Notes: generated by a model not told the origin, from the letters alone. A DNA stretch of 64,000 bases from Felis catus (GCF_018350175.1 NC_058368.1:147128001-147192000), one strand, 5' to 3'. Shown: positions 1 to 12,381, counted from the first letter of the stretch. Numbers and translations: made by a program.

Positions 1-399
1 TTTTTTGCCAAATATATCAGTTTAAAATTACCTATAAACTGCACATACATTGACAATTTTTGAAAATATTATTCAACAGACTTTCAACATGCATCAAACA
101 TCTACTTTCAACAAAGCCTCCCCATGAGACAAAAACAGTAAAACTTCATATTCCATCTTCACTGAAATATTTCACTCTCTGCAAGTGGTACTTTAGAAAC
201 TGGGAGTATCTCACGGTCATTATTAGGAATATTGAAGGACTAATTATTAAAATCCTTGATAATTCAAGTTCCATAGTCTATATACTAGAGCCTTAATACT
301 AAACATATATATGGTTTAATAATAAATATATATATTTATAATATTTATATAATTTATATACATTATATATAATATAAAAACACACATATGGTTTAATAC

Positions 400-402
<3 letters not shown>

Positions 403-438
<36 letters not shown>
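403..438. repeat. (TA)n microsatellite in an AT-rich low-complexity tract
   Basis: Direct reading of the sequence. Confidence 0.95.
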
Positions 439-441
<3 letters not shown>

Positions 442-714
442 TCATAACAAGAGAACACTAGAGATACAAAACCCAATAGAGGCTCCCCTTTTTTAGATTT
501 TAGATAAGGTTCTATGTATGCATCTTTATGTACGTTATTTACTATGTAGTTAGGAGAAACTAAAGATTTGTTGTTGGACTCATTTATTTAATAAAAGTCA
601 GATCAATATAAGCCTGAATTTTTTGATTCTGCATACTGGTACCACGACATTTCCTTAATTTGAAGTATCCTATCAGGATACATCTAATCCTAAACTGCAA
701 TTAGATTCATATCT

Positions 715-938
715 GGGGTTCCTGGGTGGCTCAGTAGGTTAAGCATCCTACTTTGGCTCAGGTCATGATCTCACGGTTTGTGAGTTTGAGCCCCTGTACC
801 AGGATTGTGCTGACAGCTCAGAGCCTGGAGTCTGCTCCGGATTCTGTGTCTCCCTGTCTTTCTATTCCTCCCTCACTCACACTCTGTCTCTTTCTCTCTC
901 TCTCTCAAAAAATAAAGATTTAAAAAAAATTAAAAAAA
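715..938 (+). mobile_element. Can-SINE (SINEC_Fc-type)
   Basis: tRNA-derived head ggggttcctgggtggctcagt, (CT)n tract, A-tail, and agattcata repeated on both flanks. Confidence 0.93.
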
Positions 939-1094
939 AGATTCATACTCAAGTCATTTTCAATTCAAAGTAACTAAGCAAGTTCCATTAAAACGGTTGC
1001 CCCTAGCTAAAAATGTTTGTCAGTCAAGCCATAAATTGCCATTTCTTTTTCTCTCAGACTTTACTTTGTGAAAGAATCCCAGAATATATATATT

Positions 1095-1235
1095 CTAAAA
1101 TACACATTTTCTATGCCCAATCCAGATCTAATAACATCAGAAGCTCTGTGGATGGGATTTGGTAATCTGCATTTTCAGCCAGCCCATGTCAACTGATTTT
1201 GATGTAGGTCTTCAAACCACGCTTTGAGAAAATGA
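1095..1235. mobile_element. MER5-like hAT-Charlie MITE relic
   Basis: aatctgcatttt...tgattttgatg...accacgctttgagaa resembles the recalled MER5A/B consensus. Boundaries are approximate. Confidence 0.55.
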
Positions 1236-1894
1236 CTTTGATACCAACCTGCAAGAAGGTACAAGCAGCAGGTGGCATGCTTTTTCCCTTTAAAGGCTTT
1301 AAAGCTGTTTATTTTTAGAATTTCCCCTATTTCCCTTTATTTTGTCTATACAGCATCTTCTACATTATCAGGCATATACCTAACAGAAGAGATGGGTACT
1401 GTGGGTACATGAAGGGCCATCAAATCTTATTTCTTTGGGGATTAATACTAAGTGCTTCTCAGGAAAGAAACAAAGCCCTCATATAGGTGGTAGGATTTTG
1501 GGAGAGGGGAGAAAGGTGACTCAGAGTTTAACTAGAAAAATAGTTATTTAATTACCCTTGCTTTTACTTTACTTTATTTTCTTTAAGCCCCCTTAACCAT
1601 ATTTTGTTTTGCTAATTATGTTGCATAGAAAATGGTAATAATAATTTTATACAATTTCACAATGATAATTAATACAATTTTGAATGCAATCTATAAAATT
1701 ATATTTTTTTATTTTAAAACTATAGAACAAGGTTTCATATAAGTAGATACTAATTAATAATGATTACAGGTAAGTGTCTCTTGGTTTCTTTCTCTTTTAT
1801 TGGCTAACCTAGATGAAATGTTTTTAATCTGTTTTTAGCAGTATAAAGAAAATAGTGCAAATTGGCAAATGAATCTATCTATTGAACATATATG

Positions 1895-1921
1895 CACACA
1901 CACACACACACACACACACAC
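1895..1921. repeat. (CA)n microsatellite
   Basis: Direct reading of the sequence. Confidence 0.95.
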
Positions 1922-4202
1922 CTGTTTCCTTTATATTGTTCTCTATCAAAAGCCACTGAGCATGTAGAAGAGAAGATTCATGGAACAACAGCAATTATAT
2001 TATTCAAAGAGACTATAATCTGACCTCTTAAATGAGGAAATTCTGCAAGGAACATATTTGTAAAATAATGATGCTTCCATAGTTCCAAGTTCCCATTGTT
2101 CAGCCGTGGTGAACGCTACAGAATGTCTATTGCTCATGTTTAGTGTCCCATTTTAACTACAAAACAGGGACTATTCTGATATGAATTCTACATTAAAATT
2201 GAATGTACATCAGTTATAAAGCCTCTCTTATTGCAACGAAGAAAGAGAACTTTACTCCATGAACGTAAATAAGGCAAAGCCAAAATGTATGAACATTTGC
2301 CAAAGGATGAATTTCACAGATTATATATTTAAAGATAAGTTTCAATGATGATCCTCTGTTACTTTAAGTGAGGGGAAAATAGAGTTTTAAAAAATTATCA
2401 AAAACACTTTTCAACAAATGATGGAAAATTTTTTTACCAGTGTTAGATATTTGTGTACTGTTGCAAACTTCTCTATCTAAGCTCTTTAGCTCATGCGAGA
2501 TATTTCTTAATAATCAAAATGTTCATATGTTACTTTCCTTGCTTTCAGTGGCCAATGTAGAGTCGATTTTACTCATGACATGGGTCAACTATTCTCCAGG
2601 TACATCTAGGCTAACTTTAGCTTATGGGAAACATTTTTTTTTCTGAAAAGAAAGTGAAAATAATGCTTTGAATTCATTTAGGCAATTTTAAATGCATGGC
2701 TTGTATAGTTATGGACATAGAATTGATGAAATTGTGATATTGAGTAGGCCTATCACAAAAATACAAGAATGCAGTGAATTGGAAACCCTATTTCCGAATA
2801 CACATATTTTGCATATATTTGGCTGTAGTGAAAAAAAAATCATGAAAGAAAGGCTGCTAAGGTTAGACTTCATTCTATATGATGTCAAATGCAAATAGCC
2901 ATGAAGTACGGCACTCAATGAAAAATAGAGAAACTGGATTTTTGGGTCAAGTTCTGACATTTATAGGATTAAGTCATATAACCTTTCATATATTTTTTTC
3001 ATGTCTTGAGATAAATTCTTTATACAAGTAATCATATGTACCCGGATTATTATAAGGATACAGTGAAAATTGTTAGAAAAGTCCTTTGTAAACAGAAATG
3101 CAATTTAATTAGTACAGAATATATTCTATAGTGGTTCCTAGAGATGTTAAGGTAGTTATTTTTGAAAAGCATTCAGTAATCAAATAAGTTTAAAAATCTC
3201 CAAATAAAACAAATCTCTTTCTTATTGCGTTCTTAAGGATCCTATGTTAATATGCATCTGAATCAGTAAGAACAGAGAAGAGGATATAGGCTTTATTAAA
3301 TATATTTCGGTTCAGAATCTTTTTTTTAAGAACTTATGGAAGGAGTGTTTTGCAGGGTACACTTTGGGAAATGTTCATAAAATTTATCATTTGGGGAGAA
3401 AAGAAACTTAATTTGTTTTAGAGGACTGCATGTTTAGGATGAAAGAGTGATATATGTTATCCTAATTTTATCAGTTCATAATCTCACTGCGGAAGAAAGA
3501 ACCTTTTGGAAACTCTGAGTCTGTAGTCAGGAGAACTAAATTCTGGTAGTAGAACTGCCTGAAAACATATCTATTTTTATCAGAAGTACATACTAATTCC
3601 AGAAGGTGATTAATTGGAAGCTATGGGCAGATGTGTCTGTATGCACATCTTAACAAATTTTAGAGAAGATTCTAACCAAAGGTTAATACAGGAACAGGCA
3701 TGGTTAGGTGCACCTACACTCTTTAGGAGACATACTCCGCCAGTAAACGATAATAGTAGCACAACACAAAGACATTAGAGATGTAAAAGTCACTTCACAG
3801 AGGCATGTTTTCCCTACAGAAATGCTAGTTCAATAGTGAAAGAGAAAATGAATGTGATATTTACTATAAACACATTTATTTTATGTTGACATTAGCAGAT
3901 AAATACTTCATAAATGAGAGACCTTAATCATAAATGTAAATGAACATTGAATGACTTAGTCATCATAGTACCACTGGCTGTGAGGAAAAATTACAAAGGT
4001 CTTTAGGATAAACCAAAGCAACTGGACCAGGTGAGTTTAATTGTGACCAAGAGTGTTGAATGAACAGCATTTTCTAAACTGTAGGTTGTGTACACAGACA
4101 TGCCATTGAGTTGTAGGAAAACCTAGAATTCCCATATTATTTCCAATCAGTTTTATCTTAAACCAAACAAATTGAAGAATTACTTTTTTAAAATATGTAA
4201 CG

Positions 4203-4223
4203 TGTGCCTGTGTTTGTGTGTGT

Positions 4224-4255
<32 letters not shown>
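4203..4255. repeat. Imperfect (TG)n microsatellite
   Basis: Direct reading of the sequence. Confidence 0.95.
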
Positions 4256-4622
4256 ATTTAATGATCACTGTTAAGGGGCATAAAATTTTTACAATGTGGA
4301 ACCACAAATTTAAAAGGCAAGCTAGATCCACAGAAATACCAGCATCTCTCCTTCAAGACAAGATAAGTGGCTACGGCAATGCTGGTGAGCACTGGGCTCT
4401 GAAAGGGCATCGTGATGCAACAAATATTCCCTGGTAAAAGGAGTCACCTCACTCACTGAATAGTCTATGAAATATTTAGTAAAAATTAGCACATAAGCTT
4501 CCTGGTGTATTTCAAGTTCCTCTTCTATTGCTGACTGGCCCTGCAATCTTCAGCAAGCCTCTCAGACACTCTGTGGCCTCATTAGAAAAGAGACATAACT
4601 TAGTCACTGAGAGGGTTCCTTT

Positions 4623-4653
<31 letters not shown>

Positions 4654-4868
4654 ATTTTTTTTAAATGTTTATTTATTTTGGGGACAGAGAGAGACAGAGC
4701 ATGAATGGGGGAGGGGCAGAGAGAGAGAGGGAGACACAGAATCGGAAGCAGGCTCCAGGCTCTGAGCCATCAGCCCAGAGCCCGATGCGGGGCTCGAACT
4801 CACAGACCATGAGATCATGACCTGAGCTGAAGTCGGACCCTTAACCGACTGAGCCACCCAGGTGCCCC
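4623..4868 (-). mobile_element. Can-SINE (SINEC_Fc-type), full length
   Basis: Perfect 15-bp TSD tgagagggttccttt at 4608-4622 and 4869-4883, with a (TTTA)n tail. Confidence 0.96.
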
Positions 4869-5739
4869 TGAGAGGGTTCCTTTAAAGGCAAAACAAGATC
4901 ACCGATTAAAGGAGATTCCCATCTTATATGTAAGCCCTCACAAATGCTCACCTTACTTGAATCAGTATTCCTGGGTTCTAAGTCTCACTAACTGGCATAC
5001 CTTCAGCTCATATTTTTAGAGGAGAATGGTTACCATCATTAAAACTATATCTCGTTAATAAAAGATAACGAGTATGTCAAAAATTAAAATTCATTTGCAC
5101 GTAAAGGAACCAGAAGTCACTTAATCCTTATTATCATAAAAACATGAATGGGCCTGTTATGCACACACAATTCTAAGTCCTGCTGTTCACTTTTTCAAAG
5201 GTCTCAAATAGTTCTAAGCTGAAGCATCCAATTTCCCCCATTTTTATTTATTGGTTCCGGAATGTTGAATCATGAAAATTAGGGTGTCAGTTGTCATACA
5301 TGCAGGCAGACACAGTGCTGAACATATCTTTCAGTTCCTTGCACCTGGCATTGTGTTTTGCTATAGTAGGTGTTTCAAAAATATTTATGTGTATTTTTAA
5401 ATTATGAAGTCATTTAAAATAACCTCTGAAACCACAAAGCCTTCATCCAATTTCTATGTACCATCGACGCTTGCTTTCCAAAACTGTACATTGCACTTAA
5501 TCTACTGCTTTGTACATTTTTCATGATTTGCTATATTCATTGCTAGTGTATTAGTGCTTCATAATGGCTTAATATGTCTCATTGCTTTGTCTTAGGGGAT
5601 TCTTATCTTTTAACTGTTAATAGAGAGATGTACACTAACCCATAGAAATGACTCAAATTTAGAACGGGTGGAAAGGTAGGAGAACTATTTTAGGTATCAA
5701 GTAAATATACTATGCATAATATAAAATTTGACTTTTTAG

Positions 5740-5829
5740 TTTTTTAAGAATTTTATATATTTATTTATTTATTCTGAGAGAGAGAGTGTGTGTGCACACA
5801 CACATGCACGTAAACAGGGGAGGGACTGA

Positions 5830-5879
<50 letters not shown>

Positions 5880-6018
5880 ATCCCAACCAGGCTCCCCACT
5901 GTCAGCGAGGAGTCTCATGTGAGGCTCTAACCCTTGAGAACCCACAAACCATGAGATCATGACCTAAGCCAAAATCAAGAGTCAGATGCTTAACCTACTG
6001 AGCCACCCAGGTGCCCCC
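5740..6018 (-). mobile_element. Can-SINE with expanded (GA)n tract
   Basis: Reverse-complement head ...gagccacccaggtgcccc, (GA)n and T-rich tail. Confidence 0.92.
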
Positions 6019-6258
6019 AAAGTTAACTTTTTAAAAGAGTAACTTTAAGTTAGATGGTTATATCTGCAACACTAAGTCAATCATACGATGTCTTTTTGTT
6101 AACTTCATCAGAAATGAGCTGGTGGTCCTGATAATTTTCTGATTACTTTGGACTTGGTCAATCATTATTTACGATACTCAGTCATCCAAGAGTCCCTTTC
6201 CCTTTTTAGAAGGGAAAGGTTGCCTGGGTGGTATCTTTTTTCTAACATCCACATTTTA

Positions 6259-6365
6259 TTCTATTATTTTTTAAATTAATCTCTACCTCCAATGTGGGGC
6301 TCAAATCTACAACCCTGAGATCAAGAGTTGGATGCGCTTCTGACCGAGACATCCAGGCATCCCTA
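6259..6365 (-). mobile_element. Short tRNA-derived Can-SINE lacking the (CT)n region
   Basis: Reverse complement reads gggatgcctggatgtctcggtc...tttgagccccacattgg plus an A-tail. TSD taa(c/t)atccacatttta at 6243-6258 and 6366-6381. Confidence 0.8.
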
Positions 6366-8134
6366 TAATATCCACATTTTAGATGAACAAGAGAAAATGA
6401 GTTCTAGAACACTTACATGATTTATCAGCCCACAAAACCAGATGTGTGGACTTCACACTATGCACTCAGTGTACTTCATCAGTTCTGGTTGCGTTTCTCT
6501 TTGCCTTCCAAGTGTTTGCTATGTCAATATCCTACTCAATTTTGTTTTGCTAATTACAATTTTTTTTCTAATTGGAGGGTAGAGATTCCTTTTGATATTG
6601 TAAAATAAAAAAAAAGAAAGATGATTTATGCTCCAAGCACATATGGACATCCTTTGACTCATTTCATATACTCCCAGATATGTTATGTTATGAAGGATGG
6701 AAGCTGGTTCACAATAGTACATAAATTGGGCCATTACTTGATTTCTTTTAGATATGCTTTATAACTGAACCCTTTATGTGGGCTTATTGCTCACTATAAA
6801 TTAAATTTTGGAATAGTGAAATGGAAATCAGAATATTTCTTCACATTGCCAAATGTTTTCCAGTGGCCTACAGGTCCTTGGAAAATTTCCCTTCAACTTT
6901 TCTGTAAATAAATTGTCCAGAGGGCAAGAGAAGTTAATGGCTGTAAAGAAGTGATGCATTTTATGGCTAGAAAACCCCTTTAAAAATCTGAAACAGACTA
7001 AATTAAATAAGTTTTATTTAACTTGAAAACTTAAATTCAATTGCTTCCTGACATATTTCCACAAAATTAGTATTGAAATAAAGCTGTGGAGGGTTAGCTG
7101 CAATTTTGACAAAGGTCAACACTAAAATGTGCAGGCTAACAACTCTATTAATTCTACTAATTTGGTTGAAATACTATGCAGACTACCTTAAATTAGCAAA
7201 TGTCTTGTGAAATAGACCAAAAGGTCATTTCCTAGGTGATCTGGTGACATTTTCCTTCCTGAGAGTCATTTATGTTAGGCTACCCTCTATGAAATCTGAA
7301 AAACTTTTTAGCAGATTCAGTTATAGATGGTAACTTATCCAGTTCTATACAGTCCTTGTACAGCTGCATATACTAGATGAAAATATTTCATCACAATTTA
7401 TAAAATTATCATCAGTAATGCTTCTACCCCTGTTAGAATGTTATTAAATTCTCAATTTCATGCTGAATTTTAATCAGTTTGTATAATCTGAGCATAAATA
7501 AGAAGGGAATTTACTCAATCTGTTGAAAAGCCACTGAAAATGGCCACAAAGACACATAAACATTCTAGTAAGAATATGACTTCAGCAGAGAATATTGCCA
7601 AATGATATAATGTTCATTTAAAGCTGTTAATATTGTTATTACTACTCCCAGGTAAAGAGCTGAAAAATCTGACTCTACCTGGGTAAAAATGTGAATATTT
7701 TGTTTGCAAATGCAAATGTATATAATTCATTAACACTGCTCACAGTTTGCAACTTACCTAGTAGTATATTACTTTACATTTCATAGATTTATTGGAAAAT
7801 CCCTCTAGAAGAGGCAAAGAATATAGATACATATGTTCATTCTTAGTTATGATTGCTGGCATCAGATTGCATTCTCCTGAGAGTATACAAATCACCAGAA
7901 AGAAAAAAGGGAGATATCCATTTTGGGGGACCTACTATGTGCTTCCTCTGTTCTGTCATTTGTCTGATTTAATCCACCTTAAAATATGACAAAATTTCTG
8001 GGTCGTTTGTTTAGAAACTAACCATAGAAAGTAATCATCTGATCTTAAATGATCTCAGTGAGTTAAATGTCATTTAATTTTTATAAAGGGGATTAAAATC
8101 TACTTCAACCACATATGAAGAATGTCCAAAACTT

Positions 8135-8325
8135 GGGGCAGCTGGGTGGATCAGTCGGTTAAGTGTCTGACTTGATTTTGGCTCAGGTCATGAACTCATG
8201 GTTTGTGGGATCAAGCCCTGCATCAGGCTGACAGCTCAGAGCCTCTCCCTTTCTCTCTGCCTCTCCCCTGCAGGCATGCATCCTCTATCACTCTAAATAA
8301 TAAACCTCAAAACAAAACAAAAAAA
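8135..8325 (+). mobile_element. Can-SINE, internally shortened
   Basis: Head ggggcagctgggtggatcagtcggttaag; aagaatgtccaa repeated on both flanks. Confidence 0.9.
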
Positions 8326-9982
8326 AAGAATGTCCAACTATGAGTCAGTAATGATTGGTTTAAAAGCTTTTAATTCAGGTGTAGGTAAGATTTTCTGAAA
8401 GACAGAAACTATAATTTAACCTTCAGAGGCTTTTGGAAAACACACTGTAGGGTTTCTTGCTCAAAGTTTTAGAGAACATCAAACACATCAAAGTGATAGA
8501 ACATTTCTTTCAGAGGTCTGAGAAATGTCTCTCATTTAAGACTGCCTGTGGACTTAACACATTTTTGCCATGTTTTTATAGGAATAGCATAATGATTTCA
8601 TGATTAACAGTAGCTCAAAGACATTAATCAGGTACGATCACTTCTAAAAAAATAACACAAGAATATTTGCTCGAGAAACTGCTAAGATTTTGACCTTTTA
8701 GGAGAGACTGGAAGAAACCTTAGAGTAATAATCAGAATAAAACATTAAAGTGATATTTGAATACATAAGAATTCTTTAAAAGAATACATAAGAATCCCTT
8801 AAAATGCACAATGACTGGGCAGAAAGATGTTTTTGGGATTTTATTTACAATAATTGTATTTTCCCATATTATCTGAATAGGTTTTATAAAAATCTATTAA
8901 ACCAAAGTAAAGCTCTCATAATTAGAGGGTTATATGCATAGTCGATGCATAAAAGAAATTTCTTAAAAAGTCAATTAGCAGAAGATGAATAATGAAAGTA
9001 GGGAATTTAAATGACAGACATGGTCTTTCTTTTGAAGAGCTATTTCTCAGAACTGATGCATCTTGGTTAAAATCACAGCTAAAACTTATAAATTCACAAG
9101 TCTCAACAAAAACTGAGTATATCAATAATTCAAAAACAAAATCACCCTATACATTATCTATAAAAGTGTTAATCTCATCTTTAACAAACACACTAACAAG
9201 CATAACAAGGTACAGTTGAACAGATTATATTCTCCTGAGGAGAAAACACTAAAAATAGACACAATTCTGAAGCATTTCCTTGCATGATGTCAAAAAAGAA
9301 AAAAATAAATATAAGAAAAGATGTCAATTTACCTTGCCTTGGAGATTTTTGCGTATGTTTTGACACAACAAAAAAAAATACACATATACTGGAAGAAGTG
9401 GTCCTTGAATTGACAGAAAATCTGTCACCAACAGAATGAATCAATTTCAGCATGCAAGTGACTTTAAGAAGACAGTTGGAAAGCCATCTTAAAAAAGTGA
9501 TGGATTGAGGTTCAGATTGAAGATTACACCCTGATCCATGTAAAAAAATGTTTTATTTTATCTTTCTAAAGAAATTTGCCATTGGCAATCCTTTCATGTG
9601 GATATTTCTAGAATCTACTAGCTTGTCTGAGCTACTTAGGAGGTATAAAATATTTTAGCCTATTCCACATGGCATTATGACTTAAGATAATATTAGCTAA
9701 ATCCAGTTAAAATATTATACAGCAACAAAGAACCAGTTTAATTTGCCATTGGAAGAAAGTTTTTCCATGGTTTCTTCAAGAACTTGAAAATGTCTTAAAG
9801 TCCATGTATTATGAAAATTTATTTCCTATATTATAAAGACTAGATCTTTAACATAAAATTTTAGATTTTTTTTCAAATATTATTTTACAATTTGAGTATC
9901 TTACCAGTTGGGGACCAACATTATATGCTGTGTAGGTCCAAATCAATAAATTGAATTATACTTTGAACTATTCACTTTATCC

Positions 9983-10707
9983 ATTTATTCATTCATTCAG
10001 CAAATATTTATTGAATACCTGTCAGGTATCAGGTGTTGTAACAGGTATTCAGTTTGGTACCGGACAACTAGTTGAGAAAGTCAAAGAAGACAAGTGTTGT
10101 TTCATCCCTCCTAGAGTGAACAATCTAACACGAAAACCCAATTTCCAATGTAGTGTGATAATGAACAGTGAGAGAATTACTAAGGACACAGCAGTATTCA
10201 GGAGAGAGCCTAAGCCAGATATGGGATGGGATGGAGCTTGTAGTAGCAAAGCCTTGCCAGAGGAAAGTGCATCCAAACTGCAGCTGAAAGATATGAGCCA
10301 CACAAGGCAGGGAATTCTAAGGATAGAGACGTTCTTTCCATTACTTTCCCCTAGGAAGAAGACACGTATAAAGGAATTGGAAGAGAGAACATTTGGTTTG
10401 AGAAACTGAAACAAATTTAGAAGAGTGTGGTCAGAGATGAAATGGGACCAAATCATGTGAAGACTTCCAGGCTATACTAAGAAATCCGCACTTTATTCCA
10501 AGGCTGACGGGGAGCAACTGAAGGGTTTTAGAAAGAGGGTAAGAGAATCATATTCTCATTTTAGGAAAAAAAAATCACACTGGTTACAATTTGAGATTTT
10601 TAGAGAGTTGATACCAAACTCTGGTGAGGAGGCTTCTGCAAGACCCAGGTGAAGCAGTGATAGCCTAGATCAGGGAGCTGGCAGTGGGGATGGTGAGAAG
10701 GGAAATA

Positions 10708-10708
<1 letters not shown>
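9983..10708 (-). mobile_element. L2 LINE relic (3' portion)
   Basis: ttcattcattcagcaaatatttattgaatacct is the reverse complement of the L2 3' terminus, followed by typical purine-rich L2 body. Explains the spurious ORFs at 9951-10456. Confidence 0.75.

Positions 10709-10709
<1 letters not shown>

Positions 10710-10753
<44 letters not shown>
10710..10753. repeat. (TG)n microsatellite
   Basis: Direct reading of the sequence. Confidence 0.95.
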
Positions 10754-10754
<1 letters not shown>

Positions 10755-11770
10755 TACACATACACCTACCTTCGAAAAGCTCATAAAGCATTAAAAGGAG
10801 AAAAACACACATAATTATCCTTAATACATAATAGCTAATGAAAGAGCTCAACAAAGTTCCAGATCAATAAATATCCAGATAGAATATTAGAGGGAAATAA
10901 AGAGAAAAGTGACTATTTCTACAGAAAAGATTCTATTGGACATTCCAGATGACTTAGAACAGACTCAGGTGTGGCAAATCTGGTTCCACAAGGAGTGACA
11001 TTTGGTGCTATTATAATTGGTTTTGTGATTTTCAAAAATGCAATGAATTACCACAGTTTTGAAACTCATGGATACAGCATAAAAATCAATAAGAATAGAA
11101 CTCTTATCTTTGAAATAAAATGACCTCATTATGGAATTAAGCTGTCTTACTTTTCTTTGCCACAGAAGACATTAACAAATTTGTGCCTACTTAAAAGTAC
11201 TCCAGGATAAATGCATTTCAAGAAGATTGTTTTTAAAAAGCACTGACTATAACTGCACTTCATTTGCAAATGATAAACAGACTGCAGCATCTATGCTTCC
11301 CTTCTATAAGCAAGCTCTCTTATCAGAATATAATCAAATTGCTCCATTGCTTAGCAACCACAGGTAAAGAGCTAATAAGTCAGGAGTCATGATTCTGTGG
11401 GAACAGTCTGCAGGTCAATAGCATGATTCCAAGGTGGTCTGCCATCCTGCTGTGACACTTTCAAACCCATACTGACAGGAAGCATTAGAATAGAGGAGAG
11501 TTAAAATGCAAATGCTCTCATAATCGATTGAATTGACCTATCCATATTGTGATCTGGTCCAATCTGCTGCATCTATAAATCAACATCACAGCAAAAAGAG
11601 CACCACAATATGGCTTCTAAGGAATTTCTGTTTTACCAATTTTAGGTAAGCCAAAGAGGAAGGCACACGTAAATTAGAATGAAGGCAAGGACTCCAACAT
11701 TCATGCCACCAACAGGAAATCTAAGGAAGAGGAGCAGTGGCTGGTTGAAACAGTTTTTGGAAAATATTAC

Positions 11771-12192
11771 TGAGAGGCTAAGAGAAAAATTACCAGGTAT
11801 ACTCACAACTGCAAAGAAAAGATCTTTCCCCTCTCCCCGCCGTTCCGAATCCAGCCAGGGCACGCCCGGTTGTAGTCTGACATAAAGGCGGGAACCAATC
11901 AAGTTCTGCTGAATGGTTTGAAATAAAGGCGGGAACCAATCGAGTTCTGCTGAGTGTTCAAATTTAAATGTCAACCAATGACAGCTCTGTAACCTCAAAA
12001 AAATCCCTAACTTGTTTGTGCCTGTCTATAAAAGAAGCTGTAAGATCCTTGCTCGGGGCCTCTTAGTGTCACCGGCAACGAGTGCGCGGAGGACCGGGTT
12101 CGAACCTGCAATAAACGACCCTTGCCACTTGGCTTTGACTCTGGACTCTGGTGGTTTGTTTTCGGGGGGGACTCTAGAATCGGGGCATATCA
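11771..12192 (+). mobile_element. Solo LTR of an ERV1/gammaretrovirus-like endogenous retrovirus (422 bp, young), antisense to EDIL3
   Basis: TG...CA termini (tgagagg...ggggcatatca) and a perfect 4-bp TSD ttac at 11767-11770 and 12193-12196. It has three CCAAT boxes, TATAAAA at 12027-12033 and AATAAA at 12110-12115 in U3-R-U5 order. About 18 CpGs survive in a CpG-poor background. Confidence 0.9.
11882..12033 (+). promoter_or_regulatory. LTR U3 promoter: duplicated 31-bp GGCGGGAA-CCAAT module (period 41), third CCAAT and TATA box
   Basis: ataaaggcgggaaccaatc(a/g)agttctgctga at 11882-11912 and 11923-11953, ccaat at 11975-11979, tataaaa at 12027-12033. Confidence 0.75.
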
Positions 12193-12196
12193 TTAC

Positions 12197-12381
12197 CTGT
12201 AACCATTGCGACTGGTCATTGTGGCCAGAGGTCCAGGCATTCACTTTGCCCTGTTTGTCCAGCCGAGCTTTCCTTGGTTCCCAGGTGAACATGTCCATGT
12301 TGAGAGTCCTGAAGATGCTGGAGGCGGTGATCTGATAGTCTTGTATGTGTCCTGATTTCATCCCCAGAGGCTCTGAACAGC
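12197..12381 (-). CDS. EDIL3: EDIL3 coding exon 9 (185 nt, phase 1 to 0), N-terminal part of discoidin domain C2
   Basis: Acceptor tctttcag|GC and donor CAG|gtaatg. Encodes (G)[61 protein letters not shown]. Confidence 0.97.

Noticed and set aside
6259..6365. tRNA gene
   Set aside because: It has an A-tail, a 16-bp TSD and decayed stems, so it is a tRNA-derived SINE copy. The same applies to all Can-SINE heads.
8759..8804. 23-bp direct repeat (gaatacataagaat...) as a CRISPR-like or regulatory array; similarly 17869-17912 and about 45472-45510
   Set aside because: Only two adjacent copies with no spacer array, in a mammalian intron. These are ordinary micro-duplications.
11346..11358. RFX X-box-like near-palindrome attgcttagcaac
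   Set aside because: A single short motif with no conservation or chromatin evidence available, so it cannot be distinguished from chance.
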